Positions 9,035 through 17,479 of a stretch of 34,437 bases of DNA are shown here, in pieces. Below the pieces are notes generated by a model. That model was not told the DNA's origin and ran no database searches. It saw only the letters and a program-made list of their open reading frames with translations. Both the position numbers and the translations under genes were made by a program. The stretch spans positions 1 to 34,437 of the forward strand of contig JBHHYO010000022.1 in NCBI GenBank assembly GCA_046757665.1, given 5' to 3'. Source of the stretch: Nitrospinales bacterium. Lineage in GTDB: Bacteria > Nitrospinota > Nitrospinia > Nitrospinales > JAJDAT01. The number at the start of each line of letters is the position of its first letter. Within the stretch, counting starts at the first letter, position 1.

Positions 9035-9197
9035 TTATCAATCCGAACCGGATAAACAACGAGGAAAATTCAAAAGAAGAAGAAAATGTTTGGTGGCCAA
9101 ATGTTCCGATGGGAATTGAAGGTCGAGAGCGAATTTTTTTCTTGTTCGATTGGTTTGACTCATTGCGGTTTTATCGACAACGGGAATCCCCTGAATC

Positions 9198-10328
9198 ATG
9201 AAGATTTCCTATAGCCCGCAGTTGATGGAAGAAGCGGTTTTCCGCCACCTGAACCATCTGGAGCGTTCCGGCATGCGCGCCGAATACGATGAGTTCCATT
9301 CCCTTGCCGATCCCATCTACGAACTTCCCGAAGACGACCGCGAAGAAGCTTTCGCCAAGATCAACAAAATTTTCTTTTTGGAAAAATTAAGGCTGGGGGA
9401 TTACGTCGTCCATGCGCTTGAAGGTTGCGGGTTGATTCCTAAAAAGAAACGCGGCTTGAAGCCGGCGCCTGCTCTGGCCCCTGTTGCGGCAGGCGGAGAA
9501 CACGTTGCCGAAAACGAAGAGCCCGTGCCCTCGGAGAACGACGATGCCGGCGAACCGGAAGAAGACGCCAGGGACATAGAGTACGAGTCCTCGCGCCAGT
9601 TTCAGGAGAGCGTCGGTGAGGTGATCATCAAAAGGGCGATCAACAAAGTGGACGAGGGCTCCAATGTGTTGAACCGGGTTTCCGGGGAGCTTCCCATTAT
9701 TGAAATGCGGGTTCTCGCCAGCCGGTTTGCCAACAGCGAGGAAGAAAGCGAACTGGAAGCTTTCCTGATCCACGAGCTTTATCACGCTCGCGACATGGTG
9801 GACCCGGAATTCGATTATGAAGATTCTTTCATTCCGGGAAGCCCGTCCGTGAAAAATCTGATTACCGCCCGCTTCCGGGTCTTGTGGAATATTTATATCG
9901 ACTCCCGGCTGGAACGCAAAAAGATCCCTTCCGTCATGTGCCGGGAAGCGCGGTTTAGAGAATTTGATAACTATTACCGCAAGTTGCCCGAAAGGCAAAG
10001 GAAGGGCGTTTTTGAAGGGTTGTGGAGGGAAGAAAAGTTTACGCATGAAGAACTTCTATCCATGGCCACCGATCTTGAAACTCTCATGTCCAAGTTCGTC
10101 GAATACGACGACGATTTCTCCGAGGAAGATCGGGAGTATATCCATCTTCCCGGTTCCCCCTGCCCGTTGTGTAAATTTCCGACTTACAACTGGGTGGATG
10201 ATCCGGAAAGCATTTGCGATGAAATGGTTGTTGAAGCCATACAGATTGATTTCCCCGATTGGGAAAGCAAAGACGGTGCGTGTGACCGATGTATTGAGGT
10301 TTATGAATTACGATCAGGTTGTGGTTGA
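9198..10328 (+). CDS. Uncharacterised nxr-associated protein with HExxH motif and C-terminal CxxC...CxxC
   Basis: 376-aa acidic ORF; HELYH at 9771-9785; CPLC at 10161 and CDRC at 10281; no signal peptide or TM helix evident; co-oriented 134 nt before nxrA. Confidence 0.85.
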   Translation: MKISYSPQLMEEAVFRHLNHLERSGMRAEYDEFHSLADPIYELPEDDREEAFAKINKIFFLEKLRLGDYVVHALEGCGLIPKKKRGLKPAPALAPVAAGGEHVAENEEPVPSENDDAGEPEEDARDIEYESSRQFQESVGEVIIKRAINKVDEGSNVLNRVSGELPIIEMRVLASRFANSEEESELEAFLIHELYHARDMVDPEFDYEDSFIPGSPSVKNLITARFRVLWNIYIDSRLERKKIPSVMCREARFREFDNYYRKLPERQRKGVFEGLWREEKFTHEELLSMATDLETLMSKFVEYDDDFSEEDREYIHLPGSPCPLCKFPTYNWVDDPESICDEMVVEAIQIDFPDWESKDGACDRCIEVYELRSGCG

Positions 10329-10462
10329 TTTTTAAACTTTAACAGGCTGTTTATTGGTTTTTAACCAGGAAAGGAGATTTTTATTAATCGTTTGTTTCGA
10401 GGTTTGCTGTAAGGTTTTTTAGTCGGTTAATTCATCTCTAATCAGATGGGAGGACAAGTCTT

Positions 10463-13400
10463 ATGAGGCTAAACCGCAGAAAATTCTTGCAAGTCAGTGC
10501 TGGTGTAGCTACGGCTATGGCGCTTTCCGGCAAGAAGGTAGGAGCACAATTAAAACCTGTCGTTAAGGTGGGGAATCCCCTGGAGTCCTACCCGGACCGC
10601 AGGTGGGAAGAAGTCTATCGCGATCAATATAAATATGAGCGAAGCTTCACCTACTGCTGTTCCCCCAATGATACCCATCAGTGTCGCGTGCGCGGATTCG
10701 TACGTAACGGCATCTTGATGCGTATTGAGCAGAACTACGATCATCACAAAGTAAAAGATTTATACGGAAACCAGGCGGATGCCGCATGGAACCCCCGAAT
10801 GTGCTTGCGGGGCATGACGTTTCCGCGGCGCGCTTATGGTCCGTACCGCAACAGATACCCCATGATCCGCGTTGGCTGGAAGCAATGGGCCGACGACGGG
10901 TTTCCCTACCTCGACAAAGCCAACCGCGAGAAGTACAAATTCACCAGCCGTGGTACCGATGAATTTGTGCGCATGACCTGGGACCAGACCTTTACCTATC
11001 TGGCCAAGGGGCATATCGCCGTTGCCAAGGCCTACAGCGGCCAACGCGGCGCCCAGCGGTTGAAGAACGAGGGATATCAGCCTGAGATGATCGAGGCGAT
11101 GAGCGGTTCCGGTCCGCGGACCTTCAAATACCGCGGCGGCATGGGCCTGTTGGGGGTTATCGGTAAATACGGCATTTACCGCCTGGCCAATATGGTGGCC
11201 TTGCTGGATTCGATTATCCGCGGCCGCGGCCCGGGCAAAGTGCTCGGCGGACGCGCCTGGTCGAACTACACCTGGCATGGCGATCAGGCGCCAGGGCATT
11301 CCTGGACACATGGAATGCAGACTTCCGACATCGACTTCGCCGACCACCGGTATGCCAAGTTGACCATTCAGTGGGGTAAAAACCTCATTGAGAACAAAAT
11401 GCCGGAAGCTCATTGGTACACCGAGATCATGGAACGCGGTGGCACCCTCGTGACGGTGTGTCCCGAATACAACCCTCCATCCACGAAAGCGGATTATTGG
11501 ATTCCCTGTCGGGCCGGTTTGTCCGACATTTCCATTTTCCTGGGAATCGGAAAAATCCTCATGGAGGAAGGCCTTGTCGATATCGAGTTCGTTCAGGACT
11601 ATACCGACATGCCGTTGCTGGTTCGGACGGACACCCTCAAGCGGCTCCATCCGAGTGATTTTATTCCCGGTTACAAAGCTCAGCCACTGTCGAAAGACGG
11701 TTTCACCACCAAGTGGATGAGAAATTTTGACCGCGGGAAAATGCCTGACTTTGTCGTTTGGGATGCCAACACCGATAAGCCGGTGGCCATCACTCGCGAG
11801 GATGTCGGTGCAAAAATGAGAAAGAAGAATATCGATCCGGTTTTGGATGGCGTCTTTGACATCAAGCTGGTGAACGGCAAAACCATCACGGTTATGCCGC
11901 TTTACGAGATGTACAAGATCCATCTCAAGGACTACGATCTGGATACCGTAAACCAGATCAGCCACGCTCCGAAAGACCTCGTCGTTCGTCTGGCGAGAGA
12001 CATCGGGACGATCAAACCGGTTGAGATTCATTACGGTGAAGGCATCAACCATTACTTCCACGCCACCATGCACAACCGCGCCTCCTACGTCCCGCTGATG
12101 TTGACGGGTAACGTGGGGCCGAAGGGTTCCGGATCGCATACCTGGGCCGGCAACTACAAAGCCGGCAACTACCAGGGTTCGCACTGGTCGGGCCCCGGGT
12201 TCGCCGCCATGGTTGCGGAAGATCCCTTCAACACCGTTCTCGACCCGGCCAAGAACATCGGCTGGAAGAACGTCAAGGGCTACCTGAAGGGCGAGGAAGT
12301 CAGCTACTGGGCTCACCGCGATAAAGCATTGATCGTCAATACCCCGCGGTATGGACGAAAAGTGTTTACCGGTCGGACCCATATGCCGACGCCGACGAAG
12401 TTGATGTGGTTTGTCAACGTTAACGTCATCAACAACGCGAAGTGGTTCTACGAGCTGGTGTTCAACACCGACAACAACGTAGACATGATCGTTGCTCAGG
12501 ATATCGAGTTCACAGGTTCCTGCGAATACTCGGATATCGTTCTCGCCCCGAACTCCTGGGCGGAATTCGAGAGCTACGAAATCACTTCCGCATGTTCCAA
12601 TCCGTTCCACCAGATATGGGGTGGCACCGGCATCAAGCCAATCTTCGATACCATCGACGACAACCTGATTCACAGGGAGTTTGCGCGAAGAATGGCCGTG
12701 GTGACGGGTGACAAGCGGTTTGCCGACTTCATGAAGGTTTACGAAGGGGCGGCTCCCAACCGGACGAAAGCCATGATCCGCCGGTTGTTCACCACTTCGA
12801 CGACCGGAATGGGGTACAACATCGACGACATCATCAACGGCAAGTATGGCGAGCCGGGATGCTGTCTGATGTTGTTCCGGACCTATCCGCGGTCTCCGTT
12901 CTGGGAAATGTACACGGAGTCGAAACCGTACTATACGCCGCATGGCCGGTTGCAGTTCTATAATGATGAGCCGGAGGCTATCGAGTACGGCGAAAACTTC
13001 ATCGTTCACAGAGAAGGCCCCGAAGCAACGCCTTATCTGCCGAACGTCATTGTATCCACCAACCCCTACATCCGACCGGACGATTACGGGATTCCGGAAG
13101 ACGAGCAAGACCCGGATCTGCGCCACGTCCGCAATATCAAGAAGCCTTGGTCCGCCGTTCGTACGACCAAGAACTTCCTGTGGGAGAAGGGTTACCGTTT
13201 CTACTGCGTAACGCCGAAGTCCAGACATACCGCTCATTCGTCCTGGGCGACGACTGACTGGAACATGATCTGGAATAACAACTTTGGCGATCCCTATCGC
13301 ATGGACAAGCGGTCTCCCGGCGTAGGAGAATGGCAGGTGCACATGAATCCGTTCCTCTGCAAGGACCTGGGTATCAACGACGGCGACTATGTATACTGCG

Positions 13401-13924
13401 ACGCGAACCCCGCGGACCGGCCGTACATGGGCTGGAAACCGTCCGATCCCAGGTACAAAGTGGCGCGGTTGATGTTGCGTGCCAAGTACAATCCTGCTTA
13501 TCCGTACCATACGACTATGATGAAACATGCGACGTGGATCGCCAGCGAGCGCACCGTCAAGGCCCATGAAGAACGGCCCGACGGACGCGCCATGTCGATG
13601 ACCACGCCGTATCAGTCGAACTTCCGGTACGGGGGACAGCAGTCCATCACACGTTCTTGGCTGATGCCCATGCATCAGACGGACAGTCTGTTTCACAAAG
13701 CCAAGAGCAAGATGAAGTTTAAGTTTGGTTATGAAGCGGACAACCATGCCGTTAACGCCACGCCGAAAGAAGTTTTGGTTAAGTTCTCCAAGGCTGAGGA
13801 TGGCGGTTTGCACGGTCGGGGTCTTTGGGAACCGGTGCGTACAGGTTATACGCCGGAATCCCCGTTGAAAGACCGTTTTGCCGAAATGTATCTCGCCGGA
13901 CAATATGTCCGCGTGAAGATTTAA
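10463..13924 (+). CDS. nxrA: Nitrite oxidoreductase alpha subunit (periplasmic, Nitrospina/Nitrospira/anammox-type Mo-bisPGD enzyme)
   Basis: Tat signal NRRKFLQ; FS0 motif CSPNDTHQC...RMCLRG; WHGDQ Mo-ligand Asp region; TPKSRHTAHS C-terminal molybdopterin motif; GGGAGG SD. Confidence 0.96.
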   Translation: MRLNRRKFLQVSAGVATAMALSGKKVGAQLKPVVKVGNPLESYPDRRWEEVYRDQYKYERSFTYCCSPNDTHQCRVRGFVRNGILMRIEQNYDHHKVKDLYGNQADAAWNPRMCLRGMTFPRRAYGPYRNRYPMIRVGWKQWADDGFPYLDKANREKYKFTSRGTDEFVRMTWDQTFTYLAKGHIAVAKAYSGQRGAQRLKNEGYQPEMIEAMSGSGPRTFKYRGGMGLLGVIGKYGIYRLANMVALLDSIIRGRGPGKVLGGRAWSNYTWHGDQAPGHSWTHGMQTSDIDFADHRYAKLTIQWGKNLIENKMPEAHWYTEIMERGGTLVTVCPEYNPPSTKADYWIPCRAGLSDISIFLGIGKILMEEGLVDIEFVQDYTDMPLLVRTDTLKRLHPSDFIPGYKAQPLSKDGFTTKWMRNFDRGKMPDFVVWDANTDKPVAITREDVGAKMRKKNIDPVLDGVFDIKLVNGKTITVMPLYEMYKIHLKDYDLDTVNQISHAPKDLVVRLARDIGTIKPVEIHYGEGINHYFHATMHNRASYVPLMLTGNVGPKGSGSHTWAGNYKAGNYQGSHWSGPGFAAMVAEDPFNTVLDPAKNIGWKNVKGYLKGEEVSYWAHRDKALIVNTPRYGRKVFTGRTHMPTPTKLMWFVNVNVINNAKWFYELVFNTDNNVDMIVAQDIEFTGSCEYSDIVLAPNSWAEFESYEITSACSNPFHQIWGGTGIKPIFDTIDDNLIHREFARRMAVVTGDKRFADFMKVYEGAAPNRTKAMIRRLFTTSTTGMGYNIDDIINGKYGEPGCCLMLFRTYPRSPFWEMYTESKPYYTPHGRLQFYNDEPEAIEYGENFIVHREGPEATPYLPNVIVSTNPYIRPDDYGIPEDEQDPDLRHVRNIKKPWSAVRTTKNFLWEKGYRFYCVTPKSRHTAHSSWATTDWNMIWNNNFGDPYRMDKRSPGVGEWQVHMNPFLCKDLGINDGDYVYCDANPADRPYMGWKPSDPRYKVARLMLRAKYNPAYPYHTTMMKHATWIASERTVKAHEERPDGRAMSMTTPYQSNFRYGGQQSITRSWLMPMHQTDSLFHKAKSKMKFKFGYEADNHAVNATPKEVLVKFSKAEDGGLHGRGLWEPVRTGYTPESPLKDRFAEMYLAGQYVRVKI

Positions 13925-13933
13925 TGAAGGGCA

Positions 13934-13962
13934 GGTTTCCCGGGGCTCGTCCCCGGGGAACC
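13934..13962 (+). other. Intercistronic GC-rich stem-loop between nxrA and nxrB
   Basis: GGTTTCCCGGGG-CTCGT-CCCCGGGGAACC, 12-bp stem with one G-U pair and no U-tract. Confidence 0.65.
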
Positions 13963-14021
13963 GGTTCCTTGAGCTCAAACGGTTCTTTGACGAATAACTA
14001 ATAGCTAATTGGAGGTAAACA

Positions 14022-15299
14022 ATGCCTGAAGTTTATAACTGGCAATTAGGTCGGATGATGACGTATATCTACGACGAAAAGCATCCGAAAGAGCAGTTTA
14101 CGTTCGTGTTCAACACGAACCGCTGTATTGCTTGCCAGACGTGTACCATGGCGCATAAATCCACCTGGACCTTCTCCAAGGGCCAGGAATATATGTGGTG
14201 GAATAACGTTGAAACCAAGCCTTATGGCGGTTATCCGCAGTTCTGGGATTGGAAAATTCTGAAAATGCTCGAACAAGCCAATCCCGGCCAGAATGTGTGG
14301 AACGTCCGCAAGACATCCAACAAGGCCATTCACGGCGTCTACGAAGGTGTAACGATCTTCGAGGCTCCCGCCAAGATTGGTCTGAACCAGCAAGCTGTAG
14401 GCTATGTGCCAACCGACGAGGAATGGCGATTCCCGAATTTCGGGGAAGACACGGCCCATGGCCGCGAGTTCACCCAGTCTCGCGAAGGTACGTTCGGCGG
14501 CGACAACGGCGTAAAATCCGTGCTTCCGGAACACAAAATCTGGTTTTTCTATCTGCAAAGAATTTGTAACCACTGCACCTATCCCGGTTGCTTGGCCGCT
14601 TGCCCGCGTAAGGCAATCTACAAGCGCCAGGAAGACGGGATTGTCTTGATTGACCAGTCTCGTTGCCGCGGTTACAAAAAATGTGTTGAACAATGTCCTT
14701 ACAAGAAACCAATGTTCCGCGGTACGACTCGGATCTCCGAGAAGTGCATCGCCTGTTACCCGCGGATCGAAGGTTTGGATCCATTGACGGAAGGCGACCA
14801 GATGGAAACACGTTGCATGGCGGCCTGTGTTGGTAAAATCCGCCTGCAAGGTCTGGTGAAGATCGGTGGTAATGGGGAATGGGCGCATGATCCCGATAAC
14901 CCACAGTACTACCTGATCCGCGAGCGAAAAGTGGCCCTGCCTCTGTACCCGCAGTTGGGTACGGAACCGAACGGCTACTATGTTCCGTCACGGCATGTGC
15001 CGAGAGCTTACTCTCAGCAGATGTTTGGGCCTGGCGTGGATCATTCCATCGACCAGTACATGGTTCCGGACCGGGATTTGCTGGGAATCTTGCAGTTGTT
15101 CAGGACGACCCAGCGGATCATCTTTAAATGGAAGAGAGAACCGGGTCCGAAAATTTTCGAGACCAATATCCATGGCAAAAAGTTTGAAATGTTCAACGAC
15201 ACCATCATCGGGTTTAACCGGAAAGGAAAGGAAATCATCCGTGTAACGGTTGAGGAGCCCTTCTACGTCCGGCCCGAGGAGAACGTCGGAGCCATTTAA
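14022..15299 (+). CDS. nxrB: Nitrite oxidoreductase beta (Fe-S) subunit
   Basis: MPEVYNWQLGR start typical of Nitrospina/Nitrospira NxrB; four Fe-S motifs CIACQTCTMAH, CNHCTYPGCLAAC, CRGYKKCVEQC, CIAC...CMAAC; GGAGGT SD. Confidence 0.97.
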   Translation: MPEVYNWQLGRMMTYIYDEKHPKEQFTFVFNTNRCIACQTCTMAHKSTWTFSKGQEYMWWNNVETKPYGGYPQFWDWKILKMLEQANPGQNVWNVRKTSNKAIHGVYEGVTIFEAPAKIGLNQQAVGYVPTDEEWRFPNFGEDTAHGREFTQSREGTFGGDNGVKSVLPEHKIWFFYLQRICNHCTYPGCLAACPRKAIYKRQEDGIVLIDQSRCRGYKKCVEQCPYKKPMFRGTTRISEKCIACYPRIEGLDPLTEGDQMETRCMAACVGKIRLQGLVKIGGNGEWAHDPDNPQYYLIRERKVALPLYPQLGTEPNGYYVPSRHVPRAYSQQMFGPGVDHSIDQYMVPDRDLLGILQLFRTTQRIIFKWKREPGPKIFETNIHGKKFEMFNDTIIGFNRKGKEIIRVTVEEPFYVRPEENVGAI

Positions 15300-15340
15300 G
15301 CTGTTTGCCGTTAACGGGTTACAATCCGACAGCGTTTTTT

Positions 15341-15364
15341 GGGGTGGGGCCTCGGCCCCGCCCC
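15341..15364 (+). other. Intercistronic GC-rich stem-loop between nxrB and the chaperone gene
   Basis: GGGGTGGGGC-CTCG-GCCCCGCCCC; the T-run precedes rather than follows the stem. Confidence 0.6.
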
Positions 15365-15395
15365 GGCTATCGGTTGCTTGGCAGGGACAAGGATC

Positions 15396-16214
15396 ATGGC
15401 GGAAGTAAAGAAAGATGAAATGCTCGCCAGGTTGGGCGAAACGGCTTCCTTGGAAGAGAGTAAGGAATTGCGGGTTTCCCTGCAATTGGCGCGGGGCAGG
15501 CTGTATGAAATGTTTGCCCGCGCATTTGCTTACCCTTGGAACCGGAAGTTTTTCAGGCCCAAACTGTTCCTGGAACCGATGGATGTGAGCCTGGTCGATG
15601 AAAACGACTGGATCGCCGCGAAAAAAATAGTCGACGGCTTCGCCGCTTATCTGCCGAAAATGGCAATGAAGCAGGTTCAGGGGGAATTTATCCGGGTTTT
15701 CGGACATGCCGTTTCCCAGGAATGCCCGCCTTACGAAATGCAGTATGGAACCGAGGGCGGGGTGCAGTCGCAGACTGACGTGTTGATCCAGGTTGGAGGG
15801 TTTTACGATACCTTCGGGTTCCAGCCTCCGGACAAGGGGGTTGCACGAGACCGTATCGACCATTTATCCATCGAGTTGCAGTTCATGTCTTTCGTTTGCA
15901 ATCGCGAAGCCTATGCGATTGAGAACGGTCATGACGAGCGCCACATCGCCATTCTGCGATCCGGGCAGAAAAAGTTCGTCCGCAACCACTTGGGAAGGTG
16001 GACGCCGCTGTTTACGCTTTTCGCCGCGCGCAAAGCCGAGGGCGGTTTGTACAAAGACCTTGCGGACCTCCTCGCAATTTTCATTAAAAATGAAACCACC
16101 TTGCTGGACGTCAAGCCCATTAAGGTCGAGGAGCCCGAATATCGATCCTTGTCTTACAGCATGGAGAACGATCTGATAGCCAACGCTCCCGCTGAATGCG
16201 AGCCCGTTAAATAG
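15396..16214 (+). CDS. nxrD: TorD/DmsD/NarJ-family redox-enzyme maturation chaperone (NxrD-like)
   Basis: CPPYEMQY and RIDHLSIELQFM motifs, HLGRW; AAGGA SD before ATG 15396; position within the nxr operon. Confidence 0.85.
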   Translation: MAEVKKDEMLARLGETASLEESKELRVSLQLARGRLYEMFARAFAYPWNRKFFRPKLFLEPMDVSLVDENDWIAAKKIVDGFAAYLPKMAMKQVQGEFIRVFGHAVSQECPPYEMQYGTEGGVQSQTDVLIQVGGFYDTFGFQPPDKGVARDRIDHLSIELQFMSFVCNREAYAIENGHDERHIAILRSGQKKFVRNHLGRWTPLFTLFAARKAEGGLYKDLADLLAIFIKNETTLLDVKPIKVEEPEYRSLSYSMENDLIANAPAECEPVK

Positions 16215-16259
16215 GATACGGTTTACCTATCTAACGCTTTGCTTATGAGGAGAAAAACG

Positions 16260-17192
16260 GTGAAGATGAAAAAAACATTGGTTTTTGCGATCATGCTTGC
16301 TTTTGTGCTGGGTCTGGCAGTGTCGGCGAATGCGACCGTCATTCAGGCGCTGAAGGTAAGCGGCGAGATCCCCCTTAATCCGGGTGATCCCTTCTGGTCC
16401 AATTATGGACCGACCAAGGGAAAACATGTGGTCATCGACATGGAACCGCAGATGATCACCAATCCCATGTGGCCGAATCCATCCACCAAGTGGGTGAACG
16501 TCAAGGCCGCGACCAATGGGAAGGAAATCGCCGTCCGCCTGGAATGGATCGATCCGACCCGCAACGACATTATGATTCAGTCGCAACAGTACAAGGACCA
16601 GGCCGCCATCATGTTCCCGGTTAATCAGTCCGGCGAAGAGCCCCCATTTACCATGGGCGGCGATGGCGAACGGGTCAACATTTGGCAGTGGAAAGCCACT
16701 TGGAACAAAGAAGTCGCCGGCGTTGCCGGAAACGGTGGTATGCAGGATATGGAGGACGTTTACAAATACATGGCCATGGGCTCCGGAAGTTATTATATGT
16801 ATGAGCCGGATGGAAAGTTAGGTTCTCCCGTTTCCAAGCGCACCACCATCGTTGACTATGGCATGGGAAAAAATGAGGGTGTCTTCAACCCCGCCCGCGC
16901 CACGGGCAACATCCTTGCAGACGCCAGCCTGAGGCATTCCCCGGTGGAAGACCTGAACGCGGAAGGGTTCAGCACGCTGACCACCCAGGCGCATCAGGAC
17001 GTTGAAGGCAAGGGAAACTGGGATAACAACCGCTGGACCGTTGTGATCAAAAGGTCTTTGACCACCGCCGACAGCAACGATACCCAGTTCACCGCTGGCA
17101 AATCCCCGATGGCTATCGCCATTTGGAACGGCCACAACAAGGAAAGAAACGGTCAGAAAGCGGTTACTCAATGGCATGAGTTGAGGTACTGA
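16260..17192 (+). CDS. nxrC: Nitrite oxidoreductase gamma subunit (EbdC-like heme b DOMON-type protein, Sec signal peptide)
   Basis: KKTLVFAIMLAFVLGLAVSANA signal peptide; LEWID.T, DQAAIMFP, PPFTMG (Met ligand), VNIWQWKA, AIWNG...ERNGQK (Lys ligand); GAGGAG SD before GTG 16260 (ATG 16266 is an alternative start). Confidence 0.9.
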   Translation: MKMKKTLVFAIMLAFVLGLAVSANATVIQALKVSGEIPLNPGDPFWSNYGPTKGKHVVIDMEPQMITNPMWPNPSTKWVNVKAATNGKEIAVRLEWIDPTRNDIMIQSQQYKDQAAIMFPVNQSGEEPPFTMGGDGERVNIWQWKATWNKEVAGVAGNGGMQDMEDVYKYMAMGSGSYYMYEPDGKLGSPVSKRTTIVDYGMGKNEGVFNPARATGNILADASLRHSPVEDLNAEGFSTLTTQAHQDVEGKGNWDNNRWTVVIKRSLTTADSNDTQFTAGKSPMAIAIWNGHNKERNGQKAVTQWHELRY

Positions 17193-17219
17193 TCGCTTTC
17201 CGTATTTTGTTGCAAACAG

Positions 17220-17266
17220 AAAAACCCAAGGGAAAGGCGGGTTTGCCGCCCCCTTGGGTTTTTTTT
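17220..17266 (+). terminator. Intrinsic terminator of the nxr operon
   Basis: AAAAACCCAAGGG...GGCGG-GTTT-GCCGCC...CCCTTGGG followed by T8, about 28 nt after the nxrC stop. Confidence 0.85.
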
Positions 17267-17479
17267 GCCTTTTTCAGACCGGGACAAGCAGGCCTCGTAC
17301 CTCGTTAACTCCTCTCCACCCATTAATTTAAATCCGAACTCACAAAACCTGCATCTTAAAAACATTGCAGTAGGTTTGTTTTCCGAAAGTTACAATGCTC
17401 CATGCCGTCGCTTCCGGAATTTGACATGATACCCATGAAAAAGGACAAGCTCCTTTTCAGCACATAATTCCCAACCACT

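Noticed and set aside
8378-9119. Short ORFs in the nxr upstream region
   Set aside because: No SD, mutually overlapping, unnatural composition.
10760-13978. 1072-aa antisense ORF opposite nxrA (and similar ones opposite nxrB, the kinases and the TPR gene)
   Set aside because: Codon-registered antisense shadow caused by biased codon usage of the sense gene; no domain content.
10463-15299. Respiratory nitrate reductase narGH call
   Set aside because: Tat signal, Cys/Asp FS0 motif, EbdC-like gamma subunit and absence of narI fit periplasmic NXR instead.
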